This document shows, in pieces, positions 27,296 to 34,277 of a stretch of DNA of 34,277 nt. The stretch's first letter is position 1. Each line of letters starts with the position of its first letter. The stretch is from contig CAZLRY010000002.1 of NCBI GenBank assembly GCA_964561675.1, positions 1-34,277 on the forward strand, written 5' to 3'. This stretch comes from an uncultured Chitinophaga sp. (GTDB taxonomy: Bacteria > Bacteroidota > Bacteroidia > Chitinophagales > Chitinophagaceae). The notes beneath the pieces are model-generated. The model saw only the letters and a list, made by a program, of their open reading frames with translations. It did no database searches and was not told the origin of the DNA. A program made the position numbers and the translations under genes.

Positions 27296-27320
27296 AAAAA
27301 AACCCTGTAAACAGGGTTTT
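27296..27320 (-). terminator. Intrinsic terminator after the carboxylate-amine ligase
   Basis: Minus strand AAAACCCTGT-TT-ACAGGGTTTTTTT. Confidence 0.75.
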
Positions 27321-27338
27321 AAAACAAGGTTATGTGGG

Positions 27339-28448
27339 TTAGATTCCTGCGAGATACTGACCCTGTATGAATTTCGCCACATCCGTTAAATTTTTGGTTT
27401 GTTCAAAAACCGCCAGCTGCCGGTCCGCCCCGGTGCCATGCTCCAGTATCCGGTGCACATTGGCAATCCGGTGCCGGCTGCCCAGGTGGTCCAGTACAGG
27501 GTCCAGGAAGTCGAGCAGTTCATAAATCAGGGCCCGGGTATTCACTTCTTCTTCTTTACCAAAATCAATCAGGTAGCCATCCACTCCATACCGGCTGGCC
27601 CGCCATTTATTCTCATTGAGCAGGGCCCGGCTGTATTGAATAAAGTTGAGATTCTTGGAACGCAGCATATAAATCCTGGCACAAATCGCCTGGAATAAAG
27701 CCGCCAGCGTGATAGTTTCATCCACGGTCAGCGGAATATCGCAAACACGGAATTCAACCGTATTGAAGAAGGGGTGAACCCGCAGATCCCACCATATTTT
27801 CTTCGCATTGTCAATGCAATTGGTTTTAATCAGCAGCTTGACATAATTGTCGTACGCTTCAATACTTTCAAAGGCATCCGGAATACCCGTACGGGGAAAT
27901 TTATCAAAGACCTTGGTGCGGAATGATTTGTACCCGGTCATGCGGCCTTCCCAGAAAGGAGAGTTGGTACTCAACGCAAAAATATGGGGCAGGAAATAGC
28001 GGGTGCTGTTGGCTATATGATTGGCCATTTCACGGCTTTCCATACCAACGTGCACATGCAATCCGAAGATCAGGTTACTCCGGGCGGCTTCCTGTAATTC
28101 ATTCACTATTTCACTATACCGGATATGGTCGGTGATCAGCTGGCTTTCCCAGTGACTGAATGGATGTGTTCCGGCAGCGCCCATGGAATAGCCCAGACTT
28201 TCGGCAATCCCACTGATTGTTTTCCGAAGAGCTGCCACATCGCTCCAGGCTTCGTCAATATCGGCACAGATATCCGTACCTACTTCCACTACCGCCTGGT
28301 GCATCTCCGCCTTTACTTTGTCTTTGATCATTTTCTGTCCCTCATGTACGATGCGCTGTTCGTGACTTTTCAGCTCAAAAGTATGCGGGTCGAGGACCAT
28401 GTATTCTTCTTCTACGCCGAGGGTGAAGGTTTTATAGTTGAGGTTCAT
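27339..28448 (-). CDS. Carboxylate-amine ligase, YbdK / glutamate-cysteine ligase family 2
   Basis: FTLGVEEEY; AAGTHPFS; IFGLHVHVG; ALSTNSPFWEG; IWWDLRVHPFFNTVEFRVCD; ENKWRASRYG; GTGADRQ. Confidence 0.92.
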   Translation of the reverse strand: MNLNYKTFTLGVEEEYMVLDPHTFELKSHEQRIVHEGQKMIKDKVKAEMHQAVVEVGTDICADIDEAWSDVAALRKTISGIAESLGYSMGAAGTHPFSHWESQLITDHIRYSEIVNELQEAARSNLIFGLHVHVGMESREMANHIANSTRYFLPHIFALSTNSPFWEGRMTGYKSFRTKVFDKFPRTGIPDAFESIEAYDNYVKLLIKTNCIDNAKKIWWDLRVHPFFNTVEFRVCDIPLTVDETITLAALFQAICARIYMLRSKNLNFIQYSRALLNENKWRASRYGVDGYLIDFGKEEEVNTRALIYELLDFLDPVLDHLGSRHRIANVHRILEHGTGADRQLAVFEQTKNLTDVAKFIQGQYLAGI

Positions 28449-28457
28449 TGATTGAAT

Positions 28458-28545
28458 ATTGATAGGGTGATAAGTTGATAGGTTAACAAGGTGGCTTTCT
28501 TAGTACGAACCTTGTCAACCTGTCAACCTTTTAACTTGTTAACTT
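28458..28545. repeat. Inverted pair of octamer tandem arrays forming a long imperfect hairpin
   Basis: ATTGATAG-GGTGATAA-GTTGATAG-GTTAACAA ... TTGTCAAC-CTGTCAAC-CTTTTAAC-TTGTTAAC. Confidence 0.75.
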
Positions 28546-29487
28546 TGTGCCCGCACTGCTCCGCTTCACATATTCTCCCCAGGTCAGGTTGTCCTGTCCT
28601 TCTTTCAATGCAAGGGCCTTTTCTATGGCATAGTTTGCTGCTGTTTCCACCACCCATTCAAAATTCTCTGCGCCTACACTGGGCAGATCCGCATCTGGTG
28701 CCGGGTTGCAGAAATCAATGGCATAGGGGATTCCGTCTCTTACAGCCAGTTCAACCGTATTGAAATCGTAACCCAGGTACTTATTGATACGAAGAACTAT
28801 ATCCGTCATCTGTTTCAATCGTTCGGGAGAAGGGTTGAAATCGGCCACATACCGCAGGTGATGCGGGTTGCGGGGTTCGTACGACATGATGCGGACATAC
28901 TTGCCACCAATGCAATAACAGCGGTAATATTCAGTGAATACAATCTCTTCCTGTAACAGCATGACCAGCTGACCGGTTTCCGCGTGCTTCTGGAAAAAAT
29001 CCTCCGGACCCGTCAGCCGGTATACGTGTTTCCAGCCACCACCGGCAAAGGGTTTCATATAAGCCGGGAAACCGACATTACTGAAAATGGATTCCCAATC
29101 CATCGGGTAGGCGAGGTTGCTGAATGAATCATTGGACGTATCATCCGGCAGGTCACGGGAAGGAATAATCGCTGTTTTAGGAACAGGGACATCAACTTTG
29201 GTCATCAGGCAATTATTAAAGTACTTATCATCGGCACTCCACCAGAACGGATTATTGATCACGGCTGTTCCTGTAACCGCGGCATTTTTGAGCCAGGTGC
29301 GGTAGAAGGGTACATCCTGTGAGATCCGGTCTATGATTACCGCGTAACCACTGGGTTCCCCCTGCATGGCTTTATCAATGCGGACGGGCTCGGCCACGAT
29401 ACCCGGCACATTTTTACTATTGACGCGGGCAATAAACGCTTCTGGAAATGAACGTTCCTTTCCATGCAGTATTCCTATTTTCTTCAT
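28531..29487 (-). CDS. ATP-grasp (RimK/glutathione-synthetase-like) ligase
   Basis: IIDRISQDVPFYR; VINNPFWWSADDKY; VPKT; GFPAYMKPFAGGGWKHVY; LLQEEI; GYDFNTVE; IDFCNPAPD. Confidence 0.85.
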   Translation of the reverse strand: MKKIGILHGKERSFPEAFIARVNSKNVPGIVAEPVRIDKAMQGEPSGYAVIIDRISQDVPFYRTWLKNAAVTGTAVINNPFWWSADDKYFNNCLMTKVDVPVPKTAIIPSRDLPDDTSNDSFSNLAYPMDWESIFSNVGFPAYMKPFAGGGWKHVYRLTGPEDFFQKHAETGQLVMLLQEEIVFTEYYRCYCIGGKYVRIMSYEPRNPHHLRYVADFNPSPERLKQMTDIVLRINKYLGYDFNTVELAVRDGIPYAIDFCNPAPDADLPSVGAENFEWVVETAANYAIEKALALKEGQDNLTWGEYVKRSSAGTKLTS

Positions 29488-29554
29488 AAAGGGGTTTTAA
29501 TGATTAGTTATTGCGCCACTCCTGGGCTGACAGGCAGGGGAGAAGAGGCGTCTC

Positions 29555-29562
29555 CAAATTTA
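29555..29562 (-). promoter_or_regulatory. -7 promoter element for the ATP-grasp/YbdK operon
   Basis: Minus-strand TAAATTTG ~67 nt upstream of the ATG at 29487. Confidence 0.55.
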
Positions 29563-29663
29563 TTTTTTCGGCAGCACACCACCAAATTAACCGGCTCTTT
29601 TAATCACCCTTATCAAGATTAATTCCGGGACCCTTTTATGATGAAATCATTATTTTTGAAACC

Positions 29664-30491
29664 ATGCAGCAAGAAGCAAAAGAAACGGCAATGATGCGTA
29701 CTGAGGATGTTTACCTTTCTTCCGAAAGTCTTCAACGGGAAGTGAAAATCAGCTTTTTTATGCCGGCTGCCTGCCAGCCGGGCGACCCATTGAGCCTGCT
29801 GCTGATCAATGACGGGCAGGATATGGAGAAAATGCATTTCAGTTCGATATTGGATAAACTCTATACTGCATCATCGATTGAGCCCCTGCTCTTTGCGGCC
29901 ATTCATGCCGGTGAAGACCGGAAAATGGAATATGGCACCCAAATGGTTCCTGATTACAAAGAACGGGGGGCCAGGGCACCGCTGTATACGGCCTTTATAT
30001 TTGATGAACTGATCCCTTTTATCCGGGAAAAGTTCAATATCCCTTCTTTCACAGAAAAAGCCTTTGCCGGTTTTTCACTGGGTGGGCTCAGTGCCCTGGA
30101 TATTGTATGGAATCGCCCCGGTGAGTTTACCAAAGTTGGCGTTTTCTCCGGCTCATTCTGGTGGAGAAGTGTGGACCAGGAGGATGAAAATTACGATGAT
30201 AACCTGCACCGGATCATGCACCAGCAGATCCGGGAAGGCAAGTATGCACCCTGGCTGAAATTCTTCTTTCAATGCGGGGCTCTCGATGAACTCAAAGACC
30301 GGAATAAAAACGGGATCATAGATTCCATTGATGACACCCTGGATGTAATACGTGAACTGGAGGCCCAGGGATACAACAGGGAAACCGATATTCATTACCT
30401 CGAACTCGCCGATGGTCATCATGATGTACTCACCTGGGGAAGGGCGATGCCGGCATTTTTGAAATGGGGATGGGGGCTAGTCGGGAGTTAG
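29664..30491 (+). CDS. Alpha/beta-hydrolase esterase (Fes/enterochelin-esterase-like)
   Basis: LLLINDGQD; DELIPFI; nucleophile elbow AGFSLGGLSA; VFSGSFWW; C-terminal GHHD. Confidence 0.88.
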   Translation: MQQEAKETAMMRTEDVYLSSESLQREVKISFFMPAACQPGDPLSLLLINDGQDMEKMHFSSILDKLYTASSIEPLLFAAIHAGEDRKMEYGTQMVPDYKERGARAPLYTAFIFDELIPFIREKFNIPSFTEKAFAGFSLGGLSALDIVWNRPGEFTKVGVFSGSFWWRSVDQEDENYDDNLHRIMHQQIREGKYAPWLKFFFQCGALDELKDRNKNGIIDSIDDTLDVIRELEAQGYNRETDIHYLELADGHHDVLTWGRAMPAFLKWGWGLVGS

Positions 30492-30749
30492 TAGTCGGGA
30501 GTTAGTAGTCAACAGCCCCTACTAAGGAAGTTTACTGGAATTTCGAGCGCCCCTCTTTCGCTGAACCTGCCTGTCCGGTAGGCAGGGCTACAGAGGGCAA
30601 GGAGCGAGAAATCTTGTATTTCCCCTCTCCCCCTATTAAGATTGTCATCCCGACGGAGGAGGGACCTTGTATTTGTAAGGAGGGACCTTGTATTTTATGC
30701 TGGTGTTAGCTGTTAGGTGTTAGCTGTTTGGTCAACAGCCCCTCCTAAG
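30478..30749. repeat. Composite repeat region: heptamer-periodic arrays, 19-bp direct repeats and nested REP-like palindromes
   Basis: (TAGTCGGGAGTTAG)x2; GTCAACAGCCCCT[A/C]CTAAG at 30508 and 30731; nested palindromes at 30540-30614; AGGAGGGACCTTGTATTT twice; (GTGTTAG CTGTT[A/T]G)x2. Confidence 0.8.
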
Positions 30750-30795
30750 AACGCTTTATCTTTATTAACTTATAGTAACACTTTTTACGAGATAT

Positions 30796-30886
30796 GCTCG
30801 TAGCTCGTAGCTCGCAGCTCGAAACTCGCAGCTCGAAACTCGCAGCTCGAAACTCGTAGCTCGCAGCTCGAAACTCGTAGCTCGCT
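30796..30886. repeat. Heptamer tandem repeat, 13 units of [G/A]CTCG[T/C/A]A
   Basis: GCTCGTA GCTCGTA GCTCGCA GCTCGAA ACTCGCA ... ACTCGTA GCTCGCT. Confidence 0.95.
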
Positions 30887-30898
30887 TCGTACATAAAC

Positions 30899-30931
30899 AA
30901 AAGAGCCGGTTCATACGAACCGGCTCTTTTT
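30899..30931. terminator. Bidirectional intrinsic terminator
   Basis: AAAAGAGCCGGTTC-ATAC-GAACCGGCTCTTTT perfect 14-bp stem, 19 nt past the stop of the minus-strand receptor. Confidence 0.9.
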
Positions 30932-30949
30932 ATATTAACCTTTCAGGTA

Positions 30950-33900
30950 TTAATTGAAGATATAACGCAGACCAAACTGGATAGAATAAGTAGAACTGAT
31001 ACTTACATTATCACGGAAGGTCTTGGTGATGATATTTCCATTGGCAGAGGCCAGGCGGAACTGGGGAACCACGGTACCACCCGGAACCAGCGAATTCTGG
31101 TTGGTCGGGATCAGGATAGAACTGGCGTTAATCGATTTGAATTTACCCCAATCGGAATTGATGATATTTCCAAAGTTGAAGATATCCACAGTGAACTGAA
31201 CAGTGTTTCTGTTCTTTCCCACTTTCGTGAAGATATCCTGCATGAATTTAACATCCACCCGGTTCAGCCAGGGGATCTGAGCTCCGTTACGTTCAGCATA
31301 CTGACCGCGGTGAGCTCTCAGATACTTATCCTGTCCGATATAGTTCTCAAACAAAGTACGTTGTGCATTCTGATCATAAACCACCCCGTTTACAGTCTGG
31401 CTTGCAAACTGCATTGTAGCCAGATCTGATTTGGTGGGGATATAGATCAGGTCATTACCAGAAACGCCATCCCGGTTAAAATCTCCTCCATATACATAAG
31501 AGAAACGGCCGGAGATACCACCATTGTAGATCAGGGAGATCGTGGTAGCCAGGTGTTTCAGGTATTCTTTACGGTAAGAAACAAGCGCAACTACACGGTC
31601 AGGAAGTACATAGTCTGTATAACCCAGCGGTGAGGTATTGGCTCCATTTACAGTAGCTGTACCCTGCCAGGCAGACTGGGGCTGGTCACCACCACCATCA
31701 TGCATATTGCCTGCCAATGATTTGGTATAGGCAAAGGAAGCATAGAAACCTTTAGAGAATGGCTTTTCTACTTTTGCAGTCAATGCAAAGTAATATCCTT
31801 TTGTTCCATTAGTGATCAGGATCGGGTTGAAAGCCGCAGTACCGCCCGGTGTCGGAACACCAGCGGAATTCAGGGTATTGATGAAACGGGTAGGTACTGT
31901 TGAGCCATAAATGGTCCGGTTATCAGGATATCCGGCTACATTCAGTGCAGAAGGACTTGCCATGTTTGGATTACTGAAGAATGCAGTATTCAGATCTTTA
32001 TTGAAGATTGCTTCCAGGGTTCCAATCAGACCACCGGGTAAACGGGTATCAATAGCCAGGGTGGACTTCCAGGACTGTGGGAATTTAAATTCAGGATCCA
32101 GTGCTGTAACGGTTCCAGGTACAATGGTACCTGCCTGAGGTACACTGGCAGGACGATAAGCAGCCGGATCAGGATTGAACGGACGGTTTACGTTATTGGC
32201 CAGTCCATTAAAGGATTGGGTAATCTGAATCATTCCATTGTCACCAGACTGGCTTACGATCCATACAAAGGGCACTTTACCGGTGAATATACCTGTTCCA
32301 CCACGGATTTGCAGGGAACGGTCACCATAAAGATCCCAGTTAAAGCCCATACGAGGAGACCACATAAGACGTGTTGAGGGCAGTAATCCTGTATTCATTT
32401 TCACACCACCGGCAAATGTCATAGCGGCTACCAATGGGTGTGTTTTAATCTGCGGAACTTCTGGATAAGTAGCACGGTCAACTCTTAAACCAAGGGTCAT
32501 CCGGAAATTACGGTTAAGGGTGATTTCATCCTGTCCATACAAGGAAAGCTGAGCGAACTTAAAGGCAGAGTAGGCAGGAGCGAAATTTTTAGACAGGGAG
32601 TAAGTGATGGCGAAATCGCGGGGATCACGGCCATTCGCAAAATCAGCCCAGGTATTAAATACATAATAACTGGTGGCGAAACGCTGGAAACCATTGATGG
32701 TTTCGCTCAGGTCAAATTGACCACCTACGGTCCAGGCATGTTTACCACTGGTCCAGCTCAGGTTGTCAATAATTGAATAGGTTTTAACCTTCCGGAGATT
32801 ACCAAAACTAAATGGCTCATATCCGAATGAAGTATAGGGAGCAGAAGCCGATACACCCGTAGTACTCAGGATATCCACAAAGGGGAATATCTGGCTGTCT
32901 GTCTCACGGGAGTCATTCTGATAAGTATAAGTTCCACGAAGGGTATTTGATAAACGACCCCAGTTGGAGTTCAGCTCAGCAGCCAGGGAGTACAGATTGG
33001 CACCCTGGAAGTAATTTGAATTTTTATACCAAAGGGAATTGTTGTTGGTACGACCCAGACCACCGGAATAAGTGAAACCGGCTCCCGAGGTAGATGAGCT
33101 GGGACCATTAGGCTCACCACCTTCTACCTGGCTGTAACGCACATTCATGCGATGTTTGGAATTGATGTTCCAGTCCAGGCGCATCATTACTTTCGTTCTT
33201 TCAATATCGGGTGTATAATTATCCCAGGGACCTGTCACATAACCGTAATTATCAGCCAGGTATTGGCTGATATAACGTAAAGAGTCAGCAGAAGGGCGTG
33301 CGATATTCGGAGCACTTCCAAACGCAGCAGTGGCAGAAGAAGCGATATTAGTCTGAATGGTTTTCGGCTGAGTTTCTTTTTCATAATTGAAAAAGAAGAA
33401 CAGTTTGTTTTTAATGATCGGGCCGCCGATACGGAAACCAACCTGCTTAAATTCTTCATTCGGGCGGGTGAATGTAGTATTACCTACTTTGTATCCACGC
33501 TGATTCTGATTTCTCCAGTAAGTATAAGCGGAACCACTGAACGTGTTCGTACCAGAACGGGTTACCGCGTTGATTGCACTACCGATAAAGCCGGTCTGAC
33601 GAATATCAAACGGAGTAATATTCACAGATATTTCTTCGAGGGCATCCAGGGAAATCGGGGTACCACCTGCAGGCAGGTTACTGCCAATACCAAAGCTGTT
33701 ATTAAAATCAGCCCCATCAATGGTAAAGTTATTCTGACGGTAGTTTCCTCCACCAACAGAGGCACCATTTGCCTGTGGTGTGGTTCGGGTGAGGTCATTG
33801 ATACTACGGCTGATTGTCGGTAACTGGTTGATCTGACGTACACCAATATTGGTAACAGAACCAGTCCGGCTGGCATTCAAAATGGAACTTTTGCGTCCGC

Positions 33901-34264
33901 TGGTCAACACTACATTTTCCAGTGAACCGGAGGTTTTGTTCAGGGCCGGATTCAGTAAGAATGATTCAGCCAGTTGCAGGTAAACGTTTTCAAATTTACC
34001 GGCTTCGTGACCTACAAAGCTTACTTCAATTAAATAAGGGCCACCCACACGCATATTCTGGATAGAAAACTGACCACCCGCGCGGGATACTGTGGAGTAT
34101 TTAGTGCCGGAGGGCTGGTGGGTTGCCACAATCGTGGCGCCAACCAGGGGCTCATCAGCATTGTTCTTCACCGTACCATTAACAGCAGAGGTCGTAATCT
34201 GGGCAAACAGCAGGGGACTTGCCATCAGGGCTACAACTAATAAAAAGACTATTCTCTTAAGCAT
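30950..34264 (-). CDS. Oar-like TonB-dependent receptor with N-terminal carboxypeptidase-regulatory-like domain
   Basis: Signal peptide ending LFA-Q; GATIVATHQPSGTKY...VGGPY; NNFTIDGADFNNSFG; PISLDALEEI...INAVTRSGTN; WSPRMGFNWD; terminal QFGLRYIFN. Confidence 0.92.
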   Translation of the reverse strand: MLKRIVFLLVVALMASPLLFAQITTSAVNGTVKNNADEPLVGATIVATHQPSGTKYSTVSRAGGQFSIQNMRVGGPYLIEVSFVGHEAGKFENVYLQLAESFLLNPALNKTSGSLENVVLTSGRKSSILNASRTGSVTNIGVRQINQLPTISRSINDLTRTTPQANGASVGGGNYRQNNFTIDGADFNNSFGIGSNLPAGGTPISLDALEEISVNITPFDIRQTGFIGSAINAVTRSGTNTFSGSAYTYWRNQNQRGYKVGNTTFTRPNEEFKQVGFRIGGPIIKNKLFFFFNYEKETQPKTIQTNIASSATAAFGSAPNIARPSADSLRYISQYLADNYGYVTGPWDNYTPDIERTKVMMRLDWNINSKHRMNVRYSQVEGGEPNGPSSSTSGAGFTYSGGLGRTNNNSLWYKNSNYFQGANLYSLAAELNSNWGRLSNTLRGTYTYQNDSRETDSQIFPFVDILSTTGVSASAPYTSFGYEPFSFGNLRKVKTYSIIDNLSWTSGKHAWTVGGQFDLSETINGFQRFATSYYVFNTWADFANGRDPRDFAITYSLSKNFAPAYSAFKFAQLSLYGQDEITLNRNFRMTLGLRVDRATYPEVPQIKTHPLVAAMTFAGGVKMNTGLLPSTRLMWSPRMGFNWDLYGDRSLQIRGGTGIFTGKVPFVWIVSQSGDNGMIQITQSFNGLANNVNRPFNPDPAAYRPASVPQAGTIVPGTVTALDPEFKFPQSWKSTLAIDTRLPGGLIGTLEAIFNKDLNTAFFSNPNMASPSALNVAGYPDNRTIYGSTVPTRFINTLNSAGVPTPGGTAAFNPILITNGTKGYYFALTAKVEKPFSKGFYASFAYTKSLAGNMHDGGGDQPQSAWQGTATVNGANTSPLGYTDYVLPDRVVALVSYRKEYLKHLATTISLIYNGGISGRFSYVYGGDFNRDGVSGNDLIYIPTKSDLATMQFASQTVNGVVYDQNAQRTLFENYIGQDKYLRAHRGQYAERNGAQIPWLNRVDVKFMQDIFTKVGKNRNTVQFTVDIFNFGNIINSDWGKFKSINASSILIPTNQNSLVPGGTVVPQFRLASANGNIITKTFRDNVSISSTYSIQFGLRYIFN

Positions 34265-34277
34265 AAAGATTGGTTTT

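Noticed and set aside
27191-27382. 64-aa N-terminal extension of the ORF6N frame (track ORF 26972..27382)
   Set aside because: Overlaps the YbdK-like gene end and its terminator; ORF6N similarity starts at ATG 27190.
30478-30886. CRISPR array or intact IS in the repeat-rich region
   Set aside because: No regular repeat-spacer periodicity and no transposase ORF; repeats are 7-21 bp tandem or palindromic units.
30950-34264. SusC of a polysaccharide utilisation locus
   Set aside because: Sequence is Oar-like rather than SusC-like and is followed directly by a strong terminator with no susD.

Overview
Mostly housekeeping chromosomal segment of a Bacteroidota bacterium, probably Chitinophagaceae-like. 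The evidence is a T9SS cargo protein, DUF3276, a GlmU-like/rpmE2/tpiA cluster, PafA and repeated TAnnTTTG promoter boxes. It holds the 5' half of tRNA-Ser(UGA), about 28 CDSs and several intrinsic terminators. CDSs include an ABC exporter, a large T9SS surface protein, pgi, ltaE, a LytS/LytTR pair with an outer-membrane receptor, yajQ, rpmE2, tpiA, a KirBac channel, a GT4, an acyl-CoA-binding protein, a CotH-like protein, pafA, an MFS transporter, a cytochrome c lipoprotein, a SET protein, a split ORF6N gene, a YbdK/GCS2 + ATP-grasp + esterase module and an Oar-like TonB receptor. I found no transposase, integrase, CRISPR array or rRNA. The most interesting signals: (1) a ~170-nt structured candidate ncRNA with its own canonical promoter between yajQ and rpmE2; (2) an ORF6N gene broken exactly at an in-phase A_AAA_AAG heptamer, followed 8 nt later by a perfect 27-bp palindrome; (3) a two-ligase + esterase module of unknown product; (4) three repeat-rich intergenic regions, including a tandem ~192-bp inverted-repeat element and a triply nested palindromic element. 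All family calls come from motif recognition by eye, not database searches.
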